A DNA stretch of 32,000 bases from Pseudaquabacterium rugosum (GTDB lineage Bacteria > Pseudomonadota > Gammaproteobacteria > Burkholderiales > Burkholderiaceae_C), in assembly GCF_038066575.1 (NCBI RefSeq), contig NZ_JBBUTF010000010.1, positions 12,435 through 44,434 on the forward strand, in the 5' to 3' direction. This document shows, in pieces, positions 15,018 to 23,472 of the stretch. Each line of letters starts with the position of its first letter. Position 1 is the stretch's first letter. The notes beneath the pieces were generated by a model. That model saw only the letters and a list, made by a program, of their open reading frames with translations, was not told the origin of the DNA and ran no database searches. A program made the translations under genes and the position numbers.

Positions 15018-15908
15018 ATGAAGTCGAACACCCGTTCCGTCCTTCGCCCCTCAGCACCTCGCCAGCGCTGGCTGGAACTTGATGGGCTGGCCCAGCAGTA
15101 CCTGGCCCTGCCCGTGGAGGACAGCGTCGAGCGCGAGGCGCTGCGCCTGCGCATCCTGCGCTTGCTGGCGGCCGGCTGGGTCAGCTTCACGGCCGACGGC
15201 ACATCCACGCGAGAAGACGATGTGCTGTCGCGTACCTTTCGCGAACAGGCAGCGGCCCTGAGTCGTCGCCATGCCAATCACAGCCTGGAGCACATCTACG
15301 GCGGCTTGGACAACCTGGGTGACGAGGCCAAGGCCGAGTTCCTGGCACGCCGTGCCAGCAAGGCCGGCCACGCCGGCCAGACGCTGCTGACCGGCCTGCT
15401 CAGCCAGTGGAACCCGGCCAAGAGCGACTTGCGCGGCTTCATGCAGGCGGTGGTGCGCAACTTCCTGCTGGACCTGCACCGCAAGGCATACAAGCGGGAA
15501 GACGGCCTGAACGGCGCGCCGCCGGGCGCCACGCCACGGGGCTTCCTGACCGACGGGCGAGCACCGGGCGACGAGGGCGACGCCGACGGCAGCACCGGCC
15601 ACGACGACTGGCTGGAGGCCGTGACCCATGCCCACGGCGTGGACGGTTCCCCCCACAGCGCCGAGGACGAGGCCGCGCAGACGGAGGAACTGTTCCAGGC
15701 TCTGGAGGCCGCCCGCGACGCCCTGCCCCCGCAGCAGCGCAGCACGTACGACAGTGAAATCGAGCGCCACAGCGGCCCGAGGACGACCGACGCGGCACAG
15801 GCGGCTGCCGCGGGCATCAGCCGCAACACGCTGTACAAGCGCCGGGCAGAACTGGCGGCGGCCTTGAACAAGCTGATGCACAACACGGCGACGGCACCCA
15901 AGAGCTGA
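15018..15908 (+). CDS. Divergent sigma-70 family (ECF-like) RNA polymerase sigma factor candidate
   Basis: 296 aa from the first ATG downstream of the TR in track ORF 14688-15908. It has a region-2-like stretch LRGFMQAVVRNFLLDLHRKAYKRE and a region-4-like HTH at the C-terminus (LPPQQRSTYD...TTDAAQAAAAGISRNTLYKRRAELAAALNKL), separated by an acidic insert. The assignment comes from motif pattern only. Confidence 0.5.
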   Translation: MKSNTRSVLRPSAPRQRWLELDGLAQQYLALPVEDSVEREALRLRILRLLAAGWVSFTADGTSTREDDVLSRTFREQAAALSRRHANHSLEHIYGGLDNLGDEAKAEFLARRASKAGHAGQTLLTGLLSQWNPAKSDLRGFMQAVVRNFLLDLHRKAYKREDGLNGAPPGATPRGFLTDGRAPGDEGDADGSTGHDDWLEAVTHAHGVDGSPHSAEDEAAQTEELFQALEAARDALPPQQRSTYDSEIERHSGPRTTDAAQAAAAGISRNTLYKRRAELAAALNKLMHNTATAPKS

Positions 15909-16053
15909 AGCGACAGCGAAAAGCTCAGATGGCGGATAGACGTCCGAGCGCATCCTGGACCGGATGACGGCATGCGGACGCTGTCCGTCCCCGCACGCTC
16001 CATGTCCGCCCCCGCACTGGCGCCGAAGGCCCGGCACGGCCAGCATCGGCCCC

Positions 16054-16782
16054 ATGCCCACCGCGTCATCCACCCCCCCGCCCCGCCCGCTCACCTTCAC
16101 CCTGCTGGCCTACGACGGCGTCGAGCTGCTCGACCTGACCGGCCCCTGCGAGGTCTTCACCACCGCCGCACGCGTGGCCGCCCGGCCGGATGGCGCGCGG
16201 CTGCCCGGCGCGGCCATCGCCGCGGGCTGGCAGGTGCGCACCGTGTCGCGCGATGGCGCGGCCGTCCGCAGCCGCGCGGGCCTGCGCCTGCTGCCGGACG
16301 GGGGCTTCGACGATGCCAGACCGGCACTCTCGGCACCCGCAGCTTCCGTGGCGCCCGAGGTGTGCGAAGCGCCCGCCCCGCCCGCCACCCCAACCGACAT
16401 CCTGCTGATCCCCGGCGGCGTCACCGATGCGGCCGAGGCCTGCCCCGCCACCCGCGCCTGGCTGCAGCGCCAGGCGCCCGCCGCTCAGGTGCTGGCGGCG
16501 GTGTGCACCGGCAGCTTCATCCTGGCGGCCGCCGGGCTGCTGCAGGGCCCGCGGCGTGTGACCACGCATCCGGAGGATCTGGCGCCGATGCGCGCGCGCT
16601 GGCCGCAGCTGCAGGTGCTGGACGGACCGCGCTGGGTGGTGGACGATCGGCTCTGGACGTCGGCCGGCATCAGTGCCGGCATCGACCTGTCGCTGGCGCT
16701 GGTCGCGCATCTGGCCAGCCCGGCGCTGGCCGAGCGCACGGCGCGCCAGATGGACTACCGATGGATCAGCCAGCCCGAGTGA
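16054..16782 (+). CDS. DJ-1/PfpI family (class I glutamine amidotransferase-like) protein
   Basis: Internal ATG 16054 of track ORF 15964-16782. Motifs are FTLLAYDGVELLDLTGPCEVF, ILLIPGG, the nucleophile elbow AVCTGSFILAAAGLL and TSAGISAGIDLSLALV. Confidence 0.8.
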   Translation: MPTASSTPPPRPLTFTLLAYDGVELLDLTGPCEVFTTAARVAARPDGARLPGAAIAAGWQVRTVSRDGAAVRSRAGLRLLPDGGFDDARPALSAPAASVAPEVCEAPAPPATPTDILLIPGGVTDAAEACPATRAWLQRQAPAAQVLAAVCTGSFILAAAGLLQGPRRVTTHPEDLAPMRARWPQLQVLDGPRWVVDDRLWTSAGISAGIDLSLALVAHLASPALAERTARQMDYRWISQPE

Positions 16783-17864
16783 CACGCCAGACACGCCCGA
16801 CACGACCGACCCGTCCGCACGCGCGGCAGACCGAGCCTGCAACGCCCGGCCCCGCGCCGGTCGATGTCCACATCGTGCTGCTCGACGACCATGTGCTGCT
16901 GGACTGGGCCGGCCCGGCCGAGGTGCTGCGGGTGGCGCGGCGGCTGCTGGAGGCGCGCGGCCTGGGCCCGGTGTTCACGCTGCACTGCGTGGGGCCGCGG
17001 CCGCAGGCGCGCAGCTCGGTCGGTGCGGTGATCGCGGATCTGGCGCCGCTGCCGGATCTGGTGCAGGCCGCGGCCGGTGGCCGTCGGCAATGGCTGATGC
17101 TGGTCGGCCAGACGGGCGCGCGCATCGCGCTCGACAGCGCGCCCGCACGCGAGCTGCTGCGCTGGCTGCGCCCGCTGCCGCTGCGCGCCGGCCACATCGA
17201 GCTGCTGTGCGTGTGTGCGGGGGCGGTGATCGCCGGCCATGCCGGCCTGCTGGACGGCCGCGCGGCCACCACCCACCACGATCATCTGGACGAGCTGCGC
17301 GCCGCCGCACCCGCCGCGCAGGTGCTGGACAACCGCGTCTTCGTGCTCGACGGGCCGGTGGCCAGCAGCGCGGGCGTGTCCACCGGCATCGACCTGATGC
17401 TGCATGCGGTCAGTGCTCATCTGGGGCCGGTGGCGGGCCCGCCGCTGGCCGCCGAGATCGCGCAGCAGCTGGTGCTGGCGCTGCGCCGTGGGCCGCAGGA
17501 TGCGGAGCTGTCGCCCTTCATCGCCCACCGCCAGCATCTGCAGCCGCTGCTGCACCGGGTGCAGGATGCGGTGGCGCGTGATCCGCGGGCGGCCTGGACG
17601 CTGGAGACCATGGCCGCGCGGGCGCCCACCTCCACGCGGCATCTGCGGCGGCTGTTCCGGCAGCACGCCGGCCTGGCGCCGATGGCCTGGCTGCTGCAGC
17701 TGCGCCTGGCGCTGGCCCGGGCCGCGCTGCGGTCCGGGCACGGCGTGGGCCGCGCGGCGGAGCTGGCCGGCTTCTCCTCGGATGCGCAGTTGCGACGGGC
17801 GTGGCAGCGGGCGGGGCTGGCGGGCACGCCGTCGTCGGTGCGGCCCGAGGCCGGGCCGCGGTGA
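16761..17864 (+). CDS. GlxA-family transcriptional regulator (DJ-1/PfpI-like N-domain plus AraC/XylS HTH)
   Basis: This is the 3' part of track ORF 15972-17864; the 5' part runs out of frame over the previous gene. Motifs are VHIVLLDDHVLLDWAGPAEVL, CVCAGAVIAGHAGLLDGRAATTHH and SSAGVSTGIDLMLH, with a C-terminal AraC HTH (TLETMAARAPTSTRHLRRLFRQHAGLAPMAWLLQLRLALARAAL...AELAGFSSDAQLRRAW). An alternative GTG start at 16779 overlaps the upstream stop (GTGA). Confidence 0.8.
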   Translation: MDQPARVTRQTRPTRPTRPHARQTEPATPGPAPVDVHIVLLDDHVLLDWAGPAEVLRVARRLLEARGLGPVFTLHCVGPRPQARSSVGAVIADLAPLPDLVQAAAGGRRQWLMLVGQTGARIALDSAPARELLRWLRPLPLRAGHIELLCVCAGAVIAGHAGLLDGRAATTHHDHLDELRAAAPAAQVLDNRVFVLDGPVASSAGVSTGIDLMLHAVSAHLGPVAGPPLAAEIAQQLVLALRRGPQDAELSPFIAHRQHLQPLLHRVQDAVARDPRAAWTLETMAARAPTSTRHLRRLFRQHAGLAPMAWLLQLRLALARAALRSGHGVGRAAELAGFSSDAQLRRAWQRAGLAGTPSSVRPEAGPR

Positions 17865-17910
17865 TCGTCAGCCTGGTCGCCCAGAAGCCCAGCCGCCCGG
17901 CAGCCCAGGC

Positions 17911-18543
17911 TCAGGCCCGCAACGCGCGGCGGCGGGCCGCGCCACCCACCACGCCCAGGCCGAGGGCCAGCAGCGCAGCCGATGCCGGCTCGGGCACGGC
18001 GGCGGCGGTGGTCGTCCACGCCCAGTCCGCGGTGCTGTTATGGATGTCGTAGGTGGTCGGCAGCGGCGTGCCGCCGACCCACAGGAAGGTGTAGCCGGAC
18101 CAGCGCCAGCCCGTCGCGTTGCCGCTGAGCACGCCCAGCCCCGGCGCACCGAGGCCGCCCACCGGATCGCCCCAGATGAGCTTGAAGTCGTCGAGGCCGG
18201 CCAGCGAGGCCGTGGTGCTGTGGAAGTAGGACTTCTCGCCGTTCAAGGGCACCTGATCGGACAGCCTGACGAAGCTGTTCGGGCCGGTGTAGCTGAAGTC
18301 GAAGGCCGCGCTGGCGACGGCTTCGTAGCCGCCCGTGTCGGCCACGTCCCACGTCAGGTCGCTGAAGGTCAGCGTGGCCGTGACGGAAGCCGGGGCCGTG
18401 CCATCGGCCGCGCCGATGCAGCGGGCATTGATGCAGGTGCCGGTGAAGGTGAGCACCGTGTCGTCGGCCCAGGCCGGTGCCTGCAGGCCGGCAGCGGCCA
18501 CCAGCACCCCAAGCACACGGCGGACATACCGCTGGTCGTTCAT
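17911..18543 (-). CDS. PEP-CTERM sorting-domain secreted protein
   Basis: Internal ATG 18543 is preceded by GGAGAG. It has a signal peptide (RRVLGVLVAAAGLQAPAWA) and a C-terminal VPEPASAALLALGLGVVGGAARRR motif, i.e. the PEP motif, a TM helix and a basic tail. Confidence 0.8.
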   Translation of the reverse strand: MNDQRYVRRVLGVLVAAAGLQAPAWADDTVLTFTGTCINARCIGAADGTAPASVTATLTFSDLTWDVADTGGYEAVASAAFDFSYTGPNSFVRLSDQVPLNGEKSYFHSTTASLAGLDDFKLIWGDPVGGLGAPGLGVLSGNATGWRWSGYTFLWVGGTPLPTTYDIHNSTADWAWTTTAAAVPEPASAALLALGLGVVGGAARRRALRA

Positions 18544-18746
18544 GATCTCTCCCTGTTGCTCTCTGGTCAGCCAAAGATCATAAGGAGCCGGACTTCGCCG
18601 CAAGCCCGGCCGTTACGCGCGGTCACCAATGGCGCGGGCGCCTCCTCCAACGGGGTGATGAACGACGTGACGGCGGGACCCTCAGGCCGTCCGGCAGCGC
18701 GGTTCGTGCGACCGCGTGCGGCGCATCCAGAAACGGACGCAGCGCC

Positions 18747-20972
18747 TCAGGTCGCCTGCAACAGGCCCGGCAGACGCTGCGCGACCAGACGGCGCAGGGC
18801 GTCGTCATCGTCGTACGTCAGCAGGCGCAGCTTGTCCAGCGATGGCGGCACCAGGCCCGCGGGCGCATCCCGGCGCTGCACCATCAGCACCGGGCGGCCC
18901 AGCGCATGGGCCAGGCCCAGCTCGATCATCACGTTGAGGTTGGCGCCGCTCAGGTCCACCAGCACCGCGTGGGCGCGGCACAGGTCGTCCCAGATGGCGT
19001 GGATGATGCGGCCGTTCTCGGACGCGTCGCCGCGCAGATAGTGCAGGCCCAGGGCGGACAGGTCCTGCTCGCAGGCCTGGCGGGCGGCGTCGCGGGCGCC
19101 ATCGGCCCAGGCCGGACCGAAGGGCATGACGTGGAAGCACAGCGGCGTCCGCGGATCGGGGTAGCGGCCGGGCCAGGCGCTGTGCAGCAGGCGCCAGCCG
19201 GGCTCGGGCAGGCGCTGCAGCACGGCCTGGGCCGCGGCGCCGAAGGCCGCGGCATCGCGCGCCCGCTGCGGGTCCAGCCAACCCATGGCCTCGGCGGTGT
19301 CGGCCAGGCCCTGGGTCTCGGCCAGCGTGCGCAGGTGGGCCAGGCTGGCCGCCAGGATCGGACGCTGGGTGGGGCGCTGCAGGGTGTAGAGCGCCTCGTC
19401 CAGGGCCTCGGTCAGGCGGGCGGCATCGGCGGGCGCCGGGCCGTGCAGCCGGCACGGCGCCAGATCGACGTCGAAGGGCAGCGCCTCGTCGGCCTCGGCC
19501 AGCACCACCACCGGCTGGCCGAGGGCGAAGGCCAGGCCCAGCTCGTAGGCGGCGGTGGCCAGGGCGCGGGCGCGGGCCGGCTCGGCCGTGGCCCGCTGCG
19601 CCATCGCGCCGGCGCCGCGCAGGTCGAACACGGCCACATGGGCCCGCGTCAGCGCGTTCCAGCGGGCCTGGCCCAGGCTCTGCAGCGCCTCGGTGGGGCA
19701 CAGCTGCAGGCCGAGCGGCGCCAGCACGGTCGCGAGCCAGGCCTGCGCGTCATCCGCGCCACTGAAGAACACGCTGTTGGCCGAGGCCGGCAGCCCGGCG
19801 CTGTCCCACAGCGGGCGCGCCAGCAGCGCATGGCGGGCCATCTGGCTGGCGGCCCAGCGCCGGGCGGCCGGGCGCAGCAGCGTCTGCTCCAGGCTGCACA
19901 CGGCGCTGTCGTCGGCGGCCTCGGCCAGGGCCTGCTGCACCTGGGTGGCATCGGCCACCACCGCCTGCAGGCGCAGCTGCTCCGGGCCCTCGCTGCAGTG
20001 GACCAGCGCCTGCGCCGCCGCCACCTTCAGCGCCCCCGCATGGCGGTCGACCGTCCGGGCCCGCGCGCCACGCACGCGCTGCGCCGGCCCTGGCGCCGAC
20101 AGGAAGGGCGCGAACTCGGCCAGCAGATCGCGCATCTGCGCCAGGCTCTGCTCGGGCGACAGGGTGCCGCGCTCGCTGGCGATCACCACCGCCTCCACCT
20201 GATCCAGCATCTGCTGGCAGGCCAGCCGGCGCTCGGGCTGCAGCTGGCCGCTGTCGACGGCCTGACGCAACTCGGTGCGCAGGCGGTCCAGCATCAGGCG
20301 GTGGGGCGAAGGCTCGGCCGGGGCCGCCGGGGGGGCGGGCGCGACGGAGGCGGCGGGCACGGCGGGCGGCGTGGCGGACGGCCGCTCCAGCAACGCGGCC
20401 AGGCACTGCGCCAGGCCCTCCAGTTCCTGCTGGCGCGCCAACCAGGCCGGGTCGCGCTGGCCGCTGCGCAGGCTGGCATCCAGATAGCTGATGCGGTCCT
20501 CGACGCTGCCGCCCCCGCTGCGCGACTCGTTGCGCTGGTGCTGCTCGGTGGCGGTGCGCACATGGCCCTGCATCGTCATCAGGTGCCGGCGCCACTGGCG
20601 CAGACCGGCCTCGTCCAGCGTGCGCAGGTGATCCTCGACCGCCGCCTCGCGCGCGGCCTCGGGCAGCAGCCACCAACGCTCAAAGCGCTGGGCATCGGCG
20701 AGGAAGGTCTGATGGGTGACGGCGTCGGCATCAGCGGCCTCCGCGGAAGCCGCAGCAGAGAGCGCCGCAGAGACCGCCACGGGCGCGCCCGGCGACACCG
20801 CAGACACGGGCGCCGCGGCGGCGCCGGGGCCCTGAGCGGGCCGCTCCAACGCATCCAGCAGCGGCTTCAGGCGCGGGTCACGCGCCAGCGCCTCCCGGGC
20901 CTGCTGCTGCAGATAGGCGCCGCCGACCTGCAGCAGCTGCTTGCCCAGCTCTCCCCACTTGATGTCCGCCAT
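18747..20972 (-). CDS. Large hypothetical protein with two C-terminal nucleoside 2-deoxyribosyltransferase-like (Rossmannoid) modules
   Basis: 741 aa, with a strong RBS (GGAGGTGA) upstream of ATG 20972. Two repeats of the pattern hydrophobic strand-D-L-x-G...(Y/I)ELG-L-A-x-ALG-x-PV-hydrophobic are present: AVFDLRG...AAYELGLAFALGQPVVVL and AVLVDLSGANLNVMIELGLAHALGRPVLMV. The N-terminal ~400 aa are unrecognised and helical/Ala-rich. Confidence 0.6.
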   Translation of the reverse strand: MADIKWGELGKQLLQVGGAYLQQQAREALARDPRLKPLLDALERPAQGPGAAAAPVSAVSPGAPVAVSAALSAAASAEAADADAVTHQTFLADAQRFERWWLLPEAAREAAVEDHLRTLDEAGLRQWRRHLMTMQGHVRTATEQHQRNESRSGGGSVEDRISYLDASLRSGQRDPAWLARQQELEGLAQCLAALLERPSATPPAVPAASVAPAPPAAPAEPSPHRLMLDRLRTELRQAVDSGQLQPERRLACQQMLDQVEAVVIASERGTLSPEQSLAQMRDLLAEFAPFLSAPGPAQRVRGARARTVDRHAGALKVAAAQALVHCSEGPEQLRLQAVVADATQVQQALAEAADDSAVCSLEQTLLRPAARRWAASQMARHALLARPLWDSAGLPASANSVFFSGADDAQAWLATVLAPLGLQLCPTEALQSLGQARWNALTRAHVAVFDLRGAGAMAQRATAEPARARALATAAYELGLAFALGQPVVVLAEADEALPFDVDLAPCRLHGPAPADAARLTEALDEALYTLQRPTQRPILAASLAHLRTLAETQGLADTAEAMGWLDPQRARDAAAFGAAAQAVLQRLPEPGWRLLHSAWPGRYPDPRTPLCFHVMPFGPAWADGARDAARQACEQDLSALGLHYLRGDASENGRIIHAIWDDLCRAHAVLVDLSGANLNVMIELGLAHALGRPVLMVQRRDAPAGLVPPSLDKLRLLTYDDDDALRRLVAQRLPGLLQAT

Positions 20973-21180
20973 GGTCCGTCACCTCCGCGGCGCAGCATAG
21001 GCGGGCGGACCGACCGGCACAACCGCCGGCCGGCCGGCCCGTCCATCGCCCGTGGGTCGGCGGCCCGCGGGGCCTGGCGCGTGGCGGTCCGCGCAAGCCG
21101 GTACCGATCGACGACCGGGGCGTACGGGCCGGTGCCGGCCCCACGCCCTATCGTCAGGGCCCCCGACCGAGGAGACACCG

Positions 21181-21924
21181 ATGAGCGACACCCCCACCCT
21201 TCCCCTGGCCGGCCGCACCGCCGCCGTCACCGGCGCGGCCAGCGGCATCGGCCGCGCCAGCGCCGAGGCCCTGCTGGCCGCCGGCGCGCGGGTGGTGCTG
21301 GTCGACCGGGATGCCGCCGCGGTGCAGGCGCTGTGCGCGGCACTCGGCCCGCAGGCACGGCCGCTGGCCCTCGATCTGCTGGATGCCGCCGCCTGCGCGC
21401 AGCTGCTGCCGCGCATCCTGGAGGCGGGCGACGGCCGGCTCGATGTCTTCCATGCCAACGCCGGCGCCTATCTGGGCGGCGATCTGGTCGACCACGACAG
21501 CTCGGCGATCGACCGCATGATGCAGCTCAACGTCAGCGTGGTGATGAAGAACGTGCGCGACGTGCTGCCGCACATGATCGCGCGCGGCAGCGGCGACATC
21601 GTCGTCACCAGCTCGCTGGCGGCGCATTACCCGACACCTTGGGAGCCGGTCTACGCGGCCTCGAAGTGGGCGATCGACTGCTTCGTGCAGACCACGCGGC
21701 GGCAGATCTTCAAGCACGGGCTGCGCATGGGCGCGGTCTCGCCGGGGCCGGTGGTCACCGGTCTGCTGGCCGACTGGCCGGCCGACAAGCTGGCCGAGGC
21801 GCGCGCCGCCGGCAGCCTGATCGAGCCGCAGGAGGTGGCCGAGGTGATCCTGTTCATGCTGACCCGCCCGCGCCACATCACGATCCGCGACGTGGTGCTG
21901 CTGCCGACGAACTTCGATCTCTGA
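21181..21924 (+). CDS. Short-chain dehydrogenase/reductase (SDR) family oxidoreductase
   Basis: Internal ATG 21181 of track ORF 21052-21924. It has the cofactor motif VTGAASGIGRA, NAG, the catalytic Y-x-x-x-K (YAASKWA) and a PGPV motif. Confidence 0.85.
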   Translation: MSDTPTLPLAGRTAAVTGAASGIGRASAEALLAAGARVVLVDRDAAAVQALCAALGPQARPLALDLLDAAACAQLLPRILEAGDGRLDVFHANAGAYLGGDLVDHDSSAIDRMMQLNVSVVMKNVRDVLPHMIARGSGDIVVTSSLAAHYPTPWEPVYAASKWAIDCFVQTTRRQIFKHGLRMGAVSPGPVVTGLLADWPADKLAEARAAGSLIEPQEVAEVILFMLTRPRHITIRDVVLLPTNFDL

Positions 21925-21939
21925 GCCACCCGCGCGGCC

Positions 21940-22902
21940 TCAGCCGCCCAGGTGGCGCGCCAGCAGCACCCAGCCCGGCACCGTCACCACCGAGGCGATC
22001 GTGGCCGCCAGCAGCGCGCCGGCGCACAGCCCCTCCTGGCCGGCGCGCTGGCCGAAGATCGGGTAGATGCTCATCATCGGCATGGCCGCGAACAGCAGCG
22101 TGGCCTGCCACAGCAGCGGATCGGCCGGCGCCCAGACCTGCAGCGCCAGCAGCACGGCCAGCGGATGCAGCAGCAGCTTGGCCCCGGCCACGCCCAGCAG
22201 ATCCGGCCACTGGCCCGCCGGCCGCAGCCCGGCCAGCGCGACACCGATCGCGCACAAAGCGGCCGGCGCGGCGGCCCCGGCCAGCAGCCGCAGCACCGCA
22301 TCGACCGGCCCCGGCGGCCGCACCGACAGTGCCGACAGCGCCAGCCCCGCCAGCACCGACAGCACCAGCGGGTTGTGCAGCACCGAGCGGGCGGTGGCGC
22401 CGAGTACGCCACGCAGACGGGCGCCCCGGCCCGACCCTTCCGGCGTGCCACCCGCCTTCAGATCGATCAGCAGCAGGCCCAGCGGGATGACCAGCAGGTT
22501 CTCGACCAGCTGCACCAGCGCCAGGCCGAGCGTGGCCGTCGGACCCAGCAGGGCCAGCAGCACCGGCAGACCGACGAACATGCTGTTGGAGCCCGCCGCG
22601 CCCAGGCCTTCGATCGCGGCCACCGCGTGCGGCCGCCGGCCCGCCATGCGCGCGAAGGCATGGACCAGCGCGAAGGTGGCCAGTGAGCCGACGGCATAGG
22701 GCAGCACCACGTCCAGCCGCAGCACCTCGGCCGGGCGCAGGCCCATCAGCGTGCGCAGCATCAGCGCCGGCACGCAGAAACAGGCGACGAAGCGGCCGAG
22801 GGCGCGGCCCTGGTCCGCGCTGAGCCAGCGCCAGCGCGCGGCCAGCCAGCCCAGTCCGATCAGCATCTGGACCGGCGCGGTGGCATGCAGGATGGTGTCC
22901 AT
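21940..22902 (-). CDS. AEC (auxin efflux carrier) family transporter
   Basis: 320 aa and polytopic. The N-terminus MDTILHATAPVQMLIGLGWLAARWRWL...FVACFCVPALML and the two-halves topology are typical of the AEC/malonate-transporter-like family. Confidence 0.8.
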   Translation of the reverse strand: MDTILHATAPVQMLIGLGWLAARWRWLSADQGRALGRFVACFCVPALMLRTLMGLRPAEVLRLDVVLPYAVGSLATFALVHAFARMAGRRPHAVAAIEGLGAAGSNSMFVGLPVLLALLGPTATLGLALVQLVENLLVIPLGLLLIDLKAGGTPEGSGRGARLRGVLGATARSVLHNPLVLSVLAGLALSALSVRPPGPVDAVLRLLAGAAAPAALCAIGVALAGLRPAGQWPDLLGVAGAKLLLHPLAVLLALQVWAPADPLLWQATLLFAAMPMMSIYPIFGQRAGQEGLCAGALLAATIASVVTVPGWVLLARHLGG

Positions 22903-22975
22903 GAGGGGGCAGTGTCGGTGCCGCGGCGGCCGCGGGGCGTGCGATCACGCAGTCGGTGTCCGCACGGATCTGCAG

Positions 22976-23434
22976 TCAGCCGACGGCCGCCGGCAGGGCC
23001 GAGACGGCCGCCCGCAGCGCCAGCGCATAGCTCTCGACGCCGAAGCCGCAGATCTGGCCGCGCACGATGTCGGCGAACACCGACCGGTGGCGGAAGGGCT
23101 CGCGGGCGTGGATGTTGGACATGTGCAGCTCGACGACCGGACAGGCGAGGATGGCCAGCGCATCGCGGAGGCCATAGCTGTAGTGGGTCCAGGCACCGGC
23201 GTTGATCAGCACCGCGTCCACCCGCTCGCCGAAGGCCTGGTGGATGCGCTCGACCAGCGCGCCCTCGTGGTCGGACTGGAAGCTCTCGACGGTGACGCCG
23301 AGTTCGGCGGCCAGGGCGCGCAGGCGGGCGTCGATGTCGGCCAGGGTCTCGCGGCCGTACTGCCGCGGGTCACGGTGGCCGAACATGGCGTGGTTGATGC
23401 CATGCAGCATCAGGATGCGGGGCAGGGAGGACAT
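22976..23434 (-). CDS. aroQ: Type II 3-dehydroquinate dehydratase
   Basis: Internal ATG 23434 of track ORF 22976-23536. The protein shows near-canonical AroQ sequence (ILMLHGINHAMFGHRDPRQYG, ESFQSDHEGALVERIH, VLINAGAWTHYSYGLRDAL, VELHMSNIHAREPFRH). Confidence 0.9.
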   Translation of the reverse strand: MSSLPRILMLHGINHAMFGHRDPRQYGRETLADIDARLRALAAELGVTVESFQSDHEGALVERIHQAFGERVDAVLINAGAWTHYSYGLRDALAILACPVVELHMSNIHAREPFRHRSVFADIVRGQICGFGVESYALALRAAVSALPAAVG

Positions 23435-23472
23435 GGGGGGCTCGCTCGGGATGCAGGTTCGGGGCCGGAGGC

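Noticed and set aside
15972-16760. Single 630-aa ORF 15972-17864 as one large gene
   Set aside because: Its first ~260 codons overlap the DJ-1/PfpI gene (16054-16782) in another frame and translate to Arg/Pro/Gly-rich sequence. Only the part from ATG 16761 (or GTG 16779) shows GlxA/AraC motifs.
16783-16815. Short acacgcc(a/c)gac-like triple repeat (encoding TRQTRPTRPTRP) at the DJ-1/GlxA junction
   Set aside because: It has only about three imperfect 9-nt units inside a coding N-terminal tail. That is too short and degenerate to call a functional repeat or binding array.
18906-22490. 1194-aa plus-strand ORF spanning the 741-aa gene, SDR and AEC regions
   Set aside because: It runs antisense or out of frame through three independently supported genes. 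It is an Arg/Gly/Pro-rich low-complexity translation, which is a GC artefact.
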